A stretch of DNA of 30,569 nucleotides. Source: an uncultured Alphaproteobacteria bacterium. GTDB lineage: Bacteria; Pseudomonadota; Alphaproteobacteria; CAAHEQ01; UBA3637. Below are positions 20,026 through 28,115 of this stretch, in pieces (within the stretch, counting starts at the first letter, position 1; the number at the start of each line of letters is the position of its first letter). The notes under the pieces are model-generated. The model was not told the origin of the DNA, did not search any database, and was given only the letters and a program-made list of their open reading frames with translations. The translations under genes were made by a program, and so were the position numbers. Location: positions 1 through 30,569 of the forward strand of contig CAMZEQ010000001.1 of assembly GCA_947305835.1 (NCBI GenBank), written 5' to 3'.

Positions 20026-20950
20026 AGCCGGACATTTGGCTGAAAAGTATGCTTTGTTTTGGTTGCGGCTAAAAGGGTATCATTTGGTGGCGCGAAATTT
20101 TGTGGTGGGACGCGGCACGGGGGCCGGCGAAGTGGATTTAATTGTGCGACGGGGTAAAACGTTAGTTTTTGTTGAAGTAAAAAAAAGGCCGGATGAGGTG
20201 ACGGCTTTGAATGCGATTCGTCCCAAAAATCAAAAACGTATTGAACGAACCAGCCGCATTTTTTTATCACGTTTTTCCAAATATCAAAATTATCAGGTGC
20301 GCTATGATATTATGATGATGACATCTTGGATTCCCAAACACTTACCCGATGCTTGGCGTCCGTTAAGTTTGATTTTTGGGTTGTTTTTTTTGGTCGGATG
20401 TCAAATGTGGGGTACAATGATCGGCAGCGTGCATTCATTGGTCGGTGTGATATCGGATGATCGGCCTTTAAGCGAAGATGCCTCGGATATTGCCCTTTAT
20501 ACGCGTGTTCGTGAAAGATTGGCCCAACGAGATATCAAGTCTGTTTTGGATGTTCAATTGACGGTTTTTCAAGGTGCTGTTTTATTAACCGGAGCCTTAC
20601 CGAACTATGATGAAATAGCCGAAACAGTGGAAAAAGTTTGGCAAACCAGGGGGGTTCAATATGTCTATAACTATATTCGAATGGGGCAGGCTTTGGATCC
20701 GGTTCAAAGCAGTGAAGAAATTGCGTTGTCCAGCTCCATCCGTACCAAATTGGCCCTGACCGAAGGGATTAAATCAGCTAATTATAAGCTGGTTTTGGAA
20801 AACGGTACCGTGTATGTGATGGGACTTAAAAAAGATATGGATGAATGGCAAAAGGCACGCGCTGTCATTGCAAATACCTATGGGGTGGATAAAATTATTT
20901 GTTTGATGCGTGATCAGGAAAAAGATACACATAATATAAATGAAAATTAA
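20012..20950 (+). CDS. YraN(UPF0102)-BON-domain (DolP/YraP-like) fusion protein, 312 aa
   Basis: Residues 1-117 are YraN (GHLAE, GEVDLIVRRGKTLVFVEVKKR, VRYD, PKHLPDAWRP); then an internal hydrophobic segment with lipobox LVGC (Cys130); then two BON-like repeats (GAVLLTG, NGTVYVMG); no stop in between. Confidence 0.85.
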   Translation: MTNYKAGHLAEKYALFWLRLKGYHLVARNFVVGRGTGAGEVDLIVRRGKTLVFVEVKKRPDEVTALNAIRPKNQKRIERTSRIFLSRFSKYQNYQVRYDIMMMTSWIPKHLPDAWRPLSLIFGLFFLVGCQMWGTMIGSVHSLVGVISDDRPLSEDASDIALYTRVRERLAQRDIKSVLDVQLTVFQGAVLLTGALPNYDEIAETVEKVWQTRGVQYVYNYIRMGQALDPVQSSEEIALSSSIRTKLALTEGIKSANYKLVLENGTVYVMGLKKDMDEWQKARAVIANTYGVDKIICLMRDQEKDTHNINEN

Positions 20951-21025
20951 CACAATTGGCTTACGTTGTATTTAACCATCCTTTTTTTTTAACCGATTTT
21001 GGGATATTTGTTGCATGATATGATA

Positions 21026-21060
21026 GATTATCCCCCCCCTGTTTTCTAGGGGGGGGAATC
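21026..21060. other. C8/G8 hairpin between convergent genes
   Basis: GATT-AT-C8-T-(GTTTTCT)-A-G8-AATC; no U-tract on either strand. Confidence 0.6.
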
Positions 21061-21065
21061 TGATA

Positions 21066-21347
21066 TCAGGTCGCTTGTTTTAAAACGGTTTCCGGATTAA
21101 AATTTGCGTTGGGCGTAATGGCGTGTTTTTCATATTGATTCAGTAAAAAGCGAAAATATGTCAATACAAATAATCGAGTTGCCGCCGATAAACCGGAAGG
21201 TCCTTTCGTTGTATCTATCTTGGAACATAACTGATGAATTGTTAATCCTTCCCGTTGACAAATGTCCGATAAAGATATCCATGTTTCTCGATCTAAACGC
21301 ATACTGGTGCGTCGCCCGTTGACAATTACATTTTTACATACTAACAT
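21066..21347 (-). CDS. Ribbon-helix-helix domain protein (RHH_4-like, 93 aa)
   Basis: KNVIVNGRRTSMRLDRETWISLSDICQREG...GLSAATRLFVLTYFR; AAGGAGG RBS before ATG 21347. Confidence 0.85.
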   Translation of the reverse strand: MLVCKNVIVNGRRTSMRLDRETWISLSDICQREGLTIHQLCSKIDTTKGPSGLSAATRLFVLTYFRFLLNQYEKHAITPNANFNPETVLKQAT

Positions 21348-21368
21348 TTTGACCTCCTTGTATGTGAT

Positions 21369-21436
21369 ACTTATAGGTAGTTTTTTGAGAAAATGCAACC
21401 ATAAATTAAAAAAATATTTTAAAAACGCCTATAAGT
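21369..21436. repeat. Imperfect inverted repeat, candidate operator
   Basis: ACTTATAGG(21369-77)/CCTATAAGT(21428-36) perfect 9 bp, extended by GTTTTT(21380-85)/AAAAAC(21421-26). Confidence 0.55.
21370..21398 (-). promoter_or_regulatory. Promoter of the RHH gene
   Basis: TTGCAT-N17-TATAAG on the minus strand. Confidence 0.5.
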
Positions 21437-21451
21437 TGTATTTTTTTAAGA

Positions 21452-21480
21452 TTGCCATTCTATGAAATTTATGCTAGAAT
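21452..21480 (+). promoter_or_regulatory. Promoter of the cytidylyltransferase gene
   Basis: TTGCCA-N17-TAGAAT with a TG extension. Confidence 0.65.
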
Positions 21481-21525
21481 CATTCGGAAAGATTAGTTCT
21501 AACGGGGTATTTCGGAAGGAAGAAT

Positions 21526-21942
21526 ATGACGAAAGTTTTTGTATCGGGATGTTTTGATGTGTTGCATTCGGGGCATGTACGTTTTTTTGAAGAAGCTGCC
21601 CAATATGGCGATTTATATGTGTCGATCGGTTCGGATCAGACTGTTATGGAACTTAAAAACAGGCCGACTCTTTATAATCAAGATGAACGGCTTTATTTGG
21701 TTTCTGCGCTTAAATTTGTGCATCAGGCTTTTATTGCTTCCGGATCGGGTAAGTTGGATTTTAAAGAGGAGATCAAAAAAATCCAACCGGATATCTTTTT
21801 CGTAAATTCGGATGGGGATTCATCCGAAAAAAGGACCTTTGTTGAATCTTTGGGGATTCGATATGTTGTGGCCGAACGTCAGCCAAAAGAAAAATTACCG
21901 CCTCGTTCGACAACTGCTATTCGCCAGATTTTAAAAAAGTAA
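21526..21942 (+). CDS. Stand-alone cytidylyltransferase/adenylyltransferase family protein (TagD/RfaE-II-like)
   Basis: VFVSGCFDVLHSGH (HxGH motif), ERL...V, PDIFF, RSTT. Confidence 0.88.
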   Translation: MTKVFVSGCFDVLHSGHVRFFEEAAQYGDLYVSIGSDQTVMELKNRPTLYNQDERLYLVSALKFVHQAFIASGSGKLDFKEEIKKIQPDIFFVNSDGDSSEKRTFVESLGIRYVVAERQPKEKLPPRSTTAIRQILKK

Positions 21943-21943
21943 A

Positions 21944-23245
21944 TTAATCATCTTTCTTATTTGATTTGATACGGACAAGCAAATCGTCCGTACGTTGATA
22001 GGCAATAGAATCTTTTGCCAGTTTTTTGATGATTTTTTCGGCTGTTTTTTGTGCTTCTTTGTTTTTCCCTATGGCATAATAATAATGGGCCATTGCATAT
22101 TGGGCCAGATCAGGTTTGTTCAGGCGATCATATGCTGTTGCCATTAAGCGCCAAGGCAGGCCGGTATCGCCTTCTTTCAATAAAGCGCGTTCCAAATGTG
22201 TCAAAGCGGTTGATACATCTTTTTTATCGCCTTTTTCCAATAAGGCTTGCGCCAAGGCAATTCGAATGAGCGGTGCCTCGATTAATGTCAAGGCTTTTTG
22301 ATAATTTTGAACGGCTTCATCAATTTGACCGGTTTCAAATTTAAATTGCCCTTTTAATTCGTACAGATAAGGATTATCGGGTTCTTGCACAATCAGAGCA
22401 TTGATTTTTTGAAAAGCGTCTGTCAGCTTATGTTGGCGATAATTAATGATAGCTTGAGCATACAGATCATTGATACCGGTTCCGTTATATTCTCGCAGAG
22501 CTTGTTTTTCATCCGTCATAAAGGCCACTAATTTGGCCCGCATGCGCTGAAAATCTTTTTCATCTTTCGGGGGTGGCGCGTTTTTCAGAAAGTGATTGAT
22601 GTTTTGTTTTCGATCCGTTGTCATGGGGTGCGTACGCCAATAAGTAATTTGATCTTCGGCAGCATTTAAACGTTCTTCCGCTCGGATTATATTCATTGTA
22701 TTTGTGAAACCTTGCAGGGAATAGCCTAATTTTTTGACAATATCTACCGCCACGCGGTCGGCAGAACTTTCTTCTGATTGACGGTAAGCCGTGAATGTGC
22801 CCATGGCAGAGCTTTGCGAACCGATCATGACCGCAATACCGGCGTCAGGCCGGCCGCTTGCAACCGCTAAAACACCCCCTAAAATAGTGGATATAAGGGC
22901 TGTTTTTTGTGCTTTTTTGTATTCGATCATACCCCGTGTGATATGCCCGCCGACGATGTGTCCCGTTTCGTGTGATAAAACAAAAACTAGATCATCAGCA
23001 TATCGGATATGTGTGATCAAGCCGGTATGGATAAAGATTGTTTGTCCGCCGGCAACAAAAGCGTTAATTGTCGGATCGTTGATTAAAACAACCTCGGCAT
23101 TTTCCGGCGGCAATCCGGCAGCCTTAAAAATCTGCTGCACATAGTTTGTCAGGATATTTTCTACCTCGGTATCACGGATCAAACTGAAAGCCTGTGCATG
23201 GCAGATAAAAAAACACAATGTCAAAAATAAAGCCAGCTTTTTCAT
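21944..23245 (-). CDS. M48 zinc metalloprotease with TPR repeats (BepA/YfgC-like)
   Basis: Signal peptide; INAFVAGG, HETGH (HExxH), EESSADR, RTHPMT; C-terminal TPRs; start set at MKKLALFL (23245). Confidence 0.9.
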   Translation of the reverse strand: MKKLALFLTLCFFICHAQAFSLIRDTEVENILTNYVQQIFKAAGLPPENAEVVLINDPTINAFVAGGQTIFIHTGLITHIRYADDLVFVLSHETGHIVGGHITRGMIEYKKAQKTALISTILGGVLAVASGRPDAGIAVMIGSQSSAMGTFTAYRQSEESSADRVAVDIVKKLGYSLQGFTNTMNIIRAEERLNAAEDQITYWRTHPMTTDRKQNINHFLKNAPPPKDEKDFQRMRAKLVAFMTDEKQALREYNGTGINDLYAQAIINYRQHKLTDAFQKINALIVQEPDNPYLYELKGQFKFETGQIDEAVQNYQKALTLIEAPLIRIALAQALLEKGDKKDVSTALTHLERALLKEGDTGLPWRLMATAYDRLNKPDLAQYAMAHYYYAIGKNKEAQKTAEKIIKKLAKDSIAYQRTDDLLVRIKSNKKDD

Positions 23246-23252
23246 ATACATA

Positions 23253-23281
23253 AAGATAAAATTTTTTTTTAAAAAGCGCAA
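23253..23281 (-). promoter_or_regulatory. Promoter of the BepA-like gene (leaderless geometry)
   Basis: TTGCGC-N17-TATCTT-N7-ATG; no SD. Confidence 0.6.
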
Positions 23282-23291
23282 GGAAATTATT

Positions 23292-23777
23292 TCAGCGTAT
23301 TTTTTGATTTTGTGGTAAAGGTGATTGTTTTTTCTGTGCGACAGATTGTGTTTTTTTTAACCATGCATTTCTTTTATGGCATTGAATCAAAAAATTTTTT
23401 TCCCAATAATATAATGGAGAATTTTTTGAAATAAAGCGATCAATTGTCTCTTGGTTCAAGGGAAAACCTTTATCCATTAAAACGGATCCGATATCCAATA
23501 AATGCAAATGATCCCTTTGTTCGCCGTTTACAAACTTATCTGTTAAACTTTTTTTGATAACACTTGTATTAAATAATTCTTGCTCTAACCAATATGAACT
23601 GTTTGCTAAAGTTACCGATAAAAAAGTAGCAAGAGGGGTTTTATCGTATGTAAAGTCAGGGTCTTTTATAATTCTGGACACCCGATTCAAACGTTCATTC
23701 CACGGTCCGCACGCATCTAACAATTGGATGACTGAATAATACTTTTTATTTATGTCTGTGGAAGAATTTTTTTTCAT
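23292..23777 (-). CDS. Hypothetical protein (161 aa)
   Basis: ATGA overlap with the ruvX stop (translational coupling); fills the gap between known genes; no family recognised. Confidence 0.7.
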   Translation of the reverse strand: MKKNSSTDINKKYYSVIQLLDACGPWNERLNRVSRIIKDPDFTYDKTPLATFLSVTLANSSYWLEQELFNTSVIKKSLTDKFVNGEQRDHLHLLDIGSVLMDKGFPLNQETIDRFISKNSPLYYWEKNFLIQCHKRNAWLKKTQSVAQKKQSPLPQNQKIR

Positions 23778-24190
23778 TTATTTTTATCCAAAAACATTTG
23801 TAAAATAATACGTGCACTTTCAGCATCCAAGATTTTTTTTCTTTTGTCAGGGCGCATAAAAAGGGTGTCGCGCAAAAAATTTTCAGCACGTTGCGAGGTC
23901 AACCTTTCATCCACCCAATAAACAGGTAAACCGAATTCATTTTCTAATTTTTCGGCAAAAGCGCGGGCTTTAATGCAAGTATCACCTTCTGTTCCATCGG
24001 GTTGTAAAGGGAGTCCCATGACAAAAGCGTCGACTTGTTTTGCCGGTACGATGTCCCTTAATTCGGATAGCTTGCAGATCGTTTTAAATGCCTGAGCGAC
24101 ATAATTGATATCATCCCCTATTGCCAAACCAATTCGCTTGGTTCCGTAATCAATGCCTAAAAAAGTTTTTTTTACTTGTAATTTGTTCAT
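23774..24190 (-). CDS. ruvX: YqgF/RuvX family pre-16S rRNA nuclease / putative Holliday junction resolvase
   Basis: LGIDYGTKRIGLA, VMGLP, WVDERLTS, DAESARIILQ; start set at MNKLQ (24190). Confidence 0.95.
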   Translation of the reverse strand: MNKLQVKKTFLGIDYGTKRIGLAIGDDINYVAQAFKTICKLSELRDIVPAKQVDAFVMGLPLQPDGTEGDTCIKARAFAEKLENEFGLPVYWVDERLTSQRAENFLRDTLFMRPDKRKKILDAESARIILQMFLDKNK

Positions 24191-24204
24191 TTTTCGCCTA
24201 CAAT
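24176..24204 (+). promoter_or_regulatory. rpiB-nrdR-nusB promoter, with its -35 inside ruvX codons
   Basis: TTGTAA-N17-TACAAT. Confidence 0.6.
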
Positions 24205-24206
24205 AG

Positions 24207-24235
24207 ATTATATCAACAGGAAAGAAAAAATGCAA
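24207..24235 (-). promoter_or_regulatory. ruvX promoter; its -35 is the reverse complement of the rpiB start ATG-CAA
   Basis: TTGCAT-N17-TATAAT with a TG extension on the minus strand. Confidence 0.7.
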
Positions 24236-24685
24236 GATAAAACAATTTATTTGGCGTCAGATCATGGGGGGATAGTTCTTAAAAACCATTTGTGTGAATG
24301 GTTATCCGGTTGCGGGTATCGTGTTGCGGATTTGGGAACGCATGTTCCGGATGTGTCGGTGGATTATCCCGATGAAGCCGAAAAGTTGGTGCAAAAAATA
24401 CAGACGGATCCTTCTGCGCGCGGAATATTAGTATGTACGACAGGGGTCGGCATGTCTATGGCGGCCAATCGTTATCCTTTTATTCGCGGGGCTTTAGTGT
24501 TTAATCGGGATATGGCAAAAATGTGCCGGGCACATAATGATGCCAATGTGTTGATTTTCGGGGCCAAGTATACGGATGAAAAATTGGCAGAAGAGTGCAC
24601 CAAGATTTTTTTAGATACATCTTTTGACGGTGGTCGTCACGAACGTCGTGTGAATAAATTAACCGATTTAGGAGAACGAAAATGA
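24230..24685 (+). CDS. rpiB: Ribose-5-phosphate isomerase B
   Basis: [46 protein letters not shown]. Confidence 0.96.
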   Translation: MQDKTIYLASDHGGIVLKNHLCEWLSGCGYRVADLGTHVPDVSVDYPDEAEKLVQKIQTDPSARGILVCTTGVGMSMAANRYPFIRGALVFNRDMAKMCRAHNDANVLIFGAKYTDEKLAEECTKIFLDTSFDGGRHERRVNKLTDLGERK

Positions 24686-25146
24686 AATGTCCTTTTTGCG
24701 GCTTTGCCGATACGCAAGTAAAAGATTCGCGCCCCAATGAAGATAATACAATGATCCGTCGTCGTCGTGAATGTCCCAAATGCCATGCTCGTTTTACAAC
24801 AGCCGAAACCGTTCAATTGCGTGAATTGGTGGTTATTAAAAAGAATGGCGACAGGCGTCCGTTTGATCGCGATAAATTATTGCGTTCCATTGTTTTGGCT
24901 TTGCGTAAACGAGACGTGACCATTGAGCAGGTTGATCAGCTGGTGAATAATATCGTGCGTCATTTGGAACAATCCGGGGAATCAGAAATTCAATCAGCCG
25001 AAATTGGTCGCCATGTGATGCAAGCTTTATTAACATTGGATAAAGTGGCGTATATTCGCTATGCTTCCGTGTATAAAAACTTTACAAGTACCCATGATTT
25101 TGAAGATTTTGTGAAAAGCTTGACGGGGCGGCGTAAAAAGGTATAA
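24682..25146 (+). CDS. nrdR: Transcriptional repressor NrdR
   Basis: [29 protein letters not shown] cone, [10 protein letters not shown]; ATGA overlap with rpiB. Confidence 0.98.
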   Translation: MKCPFCGFADTQVKDSRPNEDNTMIRRRRECPKCHARFTTAETVQLRELVVIKKNGDRRPFDRDKLLRSIVLALRKRDVTIEQVDQLVNNIVRHLEQSGESEIQSAEIGRHVMQALLTLDKVAYIRYASVYKNFTSTHDFEDFVKSLTGRRKKV

Positions 25147-25159
25147 AGAAAGGATTAAG

Positions 25160-25630
25160 ATGGTAAATTCAAAACAACCTTTAACAAATGCACGCTTGAT
25201 GGCGGTCCAGGCGGTTTATGCTCAGGCCCAATCGGGCGAATCTTGGGATAAAGTTATCAGTCGTTTTTTATTGGGTGAAGTGGGGGGCGAGTTAATTGAA
25301 GAAAAATCAGGAATAGAAAGATATGTTTCCCTGCCTGAGGCCGACCAAAGCCTTTTTGCACATTTGACACAATATGTTCGTGATAATAAAGAACAGTTGA
25401 ATGATATGGTGGAAGGGGCTTTTTCCGAAAAAATTCAACGTGATAAAGTGGATTTGACTTTGCGGTCAATTTTGTTGGTGGGAGTGGCCGAATTTTTTGT
25501 AAATAATCAATTGGATGCCCCGATTATTATTAATGAATATACGGATATTGCGCGCTCTTTTTATGAAGGGCCTCAGATCAAAATCGTGACTGCTGTTTTG
25601 GCTAAAATGGCAAAAATGTTAAAAGGTTGA
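25160..25630 (+). CDS. nusB: Transcription antitermination factor NusB
   Basis: ARLMAVQAVY, LRSILLVGVAE, PIIINEYTDIARSF. Confidence 0.9.
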   Translation: MVNSKQPLTNARLMAVQAVYAQAQSGESWDKVISRFLLGEVGGELIEEKSGIERYVSLPEADQSLFAHLTQYVRDNKEQLNDMVEGAFSEKIQRDKVDLTLRSILLVGVAEFFVNNQLDAPIIINEYTDIARSFYEGPQIKIVTAVLAKMAKMLKG

Positions 25631-25656
25631 TCTGTATCTGTTTTTTCTAAATCGTA

Positions 25657-25685
25657 TTGCATTTTATGTAAAATCGGTTTATATT
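25657..25685 (+). promoter_or_regulatory. Promoter of the vWA (Bat-like) operon (leaderless geometry)
   Basis: TTGCAT-N17-TATATT-N7-ATG(25693); no SD. Confidence 0.65.
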
Positions 25686-25692
25686 CTAGATC

Positions 25693-26673
25693 ATGTTATC
25701 ATTTATGTGGCCATGGGTTGCGATTGTTTTGCCGTTGGCGTGGGGAGCACGACGTTTGCTAGAGCCGGCTGATGCTGTTCACCCGATGACGGGTGCTATT
25801 CGTGTCCCTTTTTGGGATAGATTGGGCATCATCAAAACGGCCAAAGTTTCTGCCGAAACATCCAAATGGTCAGAATTGTTGAGTATTGCGGCGTGGGTTC
25901 TTTTGGTGGCGGCAGCTATGCGTCCTGTTTGGTGGGGAAAACCCATTTTGAATCAGCAATCTTCACATAATATCATGTTGGCGTTGGATGTATCAGGCTC
26001 CATGGAAGAGCAGGATTTCGATTTAAATCGCCATCCGGCCACAAGATTGCAAATTTTAAAGGCTGTTTCGGATGATTTTATTCGCTCTCGTTCGGGGGAT
26101 AATTTGGGTATTGTCATTTTTGGATCGGAAGCTTATACCTATGCGCCTTTATCGCCGGACATTAAAACTTTGCGTGAGTTGTTAGGGGAAATCGGTATCG
26201 GTATTGCCGGGACTCAGACGGCTGTCGGGGACGCATTAGCTTTGGCTGTTCAAGGTGTGGCCAGTGTCCCCACGGACAGTCAGATCGTGATTTTAATGTC
26301 AGACGGTGTTTCCAATGCGGGGCGCGTCAGCGTGGATGAAGCAATTAAATTGGCAACGGCTCAGGGAATCAAGGTTTATACGGTCGGGATAGGGTCTGAT
26401 GCTCAAATGATTCAGGATTTTTTTGGCATGGTTCAAATTAATTCTTCCCAAAGTCTGGATGAAAAGACTTTACAACACATTGCCCAAAAAACGGGCGGTA
26501 GTTATTTTAGGGCTAAATCAACACAAGAATTAGCGGATATTTATGCAACCATAAATCGATTGGAGCCGGTGGAACGCGATGCCGAATTTGTTCGTCCGCG
26601 GCAGGATTTATTTTTTATACCGCTGTTGATGGCGATGTTGTTATTGGCTTGGCTTAAAGGGAGACAAAAATGA
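25693..26673 (+). CDS. vWA domain membrane protein, BatA-like
   Basis: N-terminal F.WPW TM segment, AAMRPVW, MIDAS DVSGS, T in GTQTAVGDAL, LMSDG, YTVGIG, DEKTLQHIAQKTGGSYFRA. Confidence 0.9.
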   Translation: MLSFMWPWVAIVLPLAWGARRLLEPADAVHPMTGAIRVPFWDRLGIIKTAKVSAETSKWSELLSIAAWVLLVAAAMRPVWWGKPILNQQSSHNIMLALDVSGSMEEQDFDLNRHPATRLQILKAVSDDFIRSRSGDNLGIVIFGSEAYTYAPLSPDIKTLRELLGEIGIGIAGTQTAVGDALALAVQGVASVPTDSQIVILMSDGVSNAGRVSVDEAIKLATAQGIKVYTVGIGSDAQMIQDFFGMVQINSSQSLDEKTLQHIAQKTGGSYFRAKSTQELADIYATINRLEPVERDAEFVRPRQDLFFIPLLMAMLLLAWLKGRQK

Positions 26674-28115
26674 TTTTCTTGCGTCCTTGGGGTTTTTTGA
26701 TGTTATTGATGCCTCTTTTGTGGTTGTGGTCCAAACGGCGTGTATCCGAGCAAAGTCCGTGGAAAAAATTTATGGATAAGGAATTATGGGAAGCCCTGAA
26801 GATCAAATCCGGACACAATAAATCAAGCAAAAGACGCAGCCGTTTATTTTTGTTATTGTGGTTAATGTGGACGCTGGCTTTATCAGGGCCGGCCTGGGAT
26901 AAGGTACCTATGCCCGCACGCGTCAGTCAGCCGAATACGATTTTAATGATGGACTTAAATCCTGTTATGTCAGCGGAGACATTGAAAAAAATGCAAATGC
27001 GCCTGTACGATGTGTTGGATTTATTGAAAGGACATCGGGTGGCGCTGGTTTTATACGGGTCTGATGAAGGGTATACCGCTATGCCGTTGACGCCGGACAG
27101 GGCTTTGGTGCAACAACTGATTCCTGATTTAACGCCTCGTGTTGTGCCGCAGCCGTCAACAAATCCTGTGGTTGGTCTCCACCATGCGGAAAAGTTGTTA
27201 AAACAGACAGAGCAATCCGGTCAGATTTTATTTTTTACGCCTGATACAGAGCAAAAATTTTCTGCTGATTATCCTTTTTATTTGGTGGGCCCTCAAACAA
27301 ACTTATCTGCTTTGGCGGAATCAATCAAAACATCAGAAGCGCTTGCGGTTGATTCGGATTATCAAGCCGAAACATGGAAAGATATGGGGATATGGTTGAT
27401 ATTGTTTTCTCTCCCGGTTATGTTACTGTGCTTTCGTAAAAATGTGCTCTTTTTGTTTTTGGCCTGTGTTGTTTTTGATGCTGAAGCGGGTTTTTTGACA
27501 CGTCCCGATCAGGACAGTTATCGTATGGAAAAGCAGGCGGCAGATGCCTACCGACAAGGGGATTATGCGTTGGCTTATGATTTGTTTCAAAGTGCCTATA
27601 ACAAAGGGAATGCTTTGGCCTATCAAGGACAAATCGAGCAAGCGATTAAGGCGTATGAACAGGCTTTGGCAGAAAACCCCGATGATGCGGATGCCAAATT
27701 TAATAAAGAGTATTTGGAAAAACAATTATCCCAACAACAAAATCAAGAACCAAAACAGGATAAACAACAGAACCGTGATAATCATCAAAAAGAATCTCAA
27801 GATCAGCAGAGCGAAGGGAATGATTCGGAAAATCAAGGGCAGCAGAATAAGGAAGATTCAGAACAAAATTCATCCGGCGAAAATCAAGTTCATGATGGCA
27901 ATGATGCGTTTTCACAAAAACAACAATCCGATTTTCAGAATGTTCAACCCACGCAGGATCAGACGGTTCAAGAATTGGAAAAAGCCTTATCCGAACAACC
28001 CGGGTATGAACCTTTTAATCAACAGGAACAACAAATTTTAAATCGATTAAACTTGGATCCGAGTCGGGTTTTGCGTTATCGATTAAACTTACAACATCAA
28101 AGGAACAGAAAATGA
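26670..28115 (+). CDS. vWA + TPR protein, BatB/BatC-like fusion with Q/N-rich tail
   Basis: FLRPW, ALSGPAW, degenerate MIDAS (DLNPV), YTAMPLT.D, YNKGNALAYQGQIEQAIKAYEQAL, low-complexity Q/N/D region; ATGA coupling. Confidence 0.88.
   Translation: MIFLRPWGFLMLLMPLLWLWSKRRVSEQSPWKKFMDKELWEALKIKSGHNKSSKRRSRLFLLLWLMWTLALSGPAWDKVPMPARVSQPNTILMMDLNPVMSAETLKKMQMRLYDVLDLLKGHRVALVLYGSDEGYTAMPLTPDRALVQQLIPDLTPRVVPQPSTNPVVGLHHAEKLLKQTEQSGQILFFTPDTEQKFSADYPFYLVGPQTNLSALAESIKTSEALAVDSDYQAETWKDMGIWLILFSLPVMLLCFRKNVLFLFLACVVFDAEAGFLTRPDQDSYRMEKQAADAYRQGDYALAYDLFQSAYNKGNALAYQGQIEQAIKAYEQALAENPDDADAKFNKEYLEKQLSQQQNQEPKQDKQQNRDNHQKESQDQQSEGNDSENQGQQNKEDSEQNSSGENQVHDGNDAFSQKQQSDFQNVQPTQDQTVQELEKALSEQPGYEPFNQQEQQILNRLNLDPSRVLRYRLNLQHQRNRK

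Noticed and set aside
20384-20391. T8 tract in the YraN-BON signal segment as a phase-variation switch
   Set aside because: A/T runs of 8-9 nt are frequent throughout this AT-rich window; there is no evidence of special instability
24198-24213. An NrdR-box-like sequence CTACAATAGATTATAT upstream of rpiB-nrdR
   Set aside because: Only about 11/16 match, the conserved G is missing, there is no tandem second box, and the overlapping -10 elements already explain the sequence
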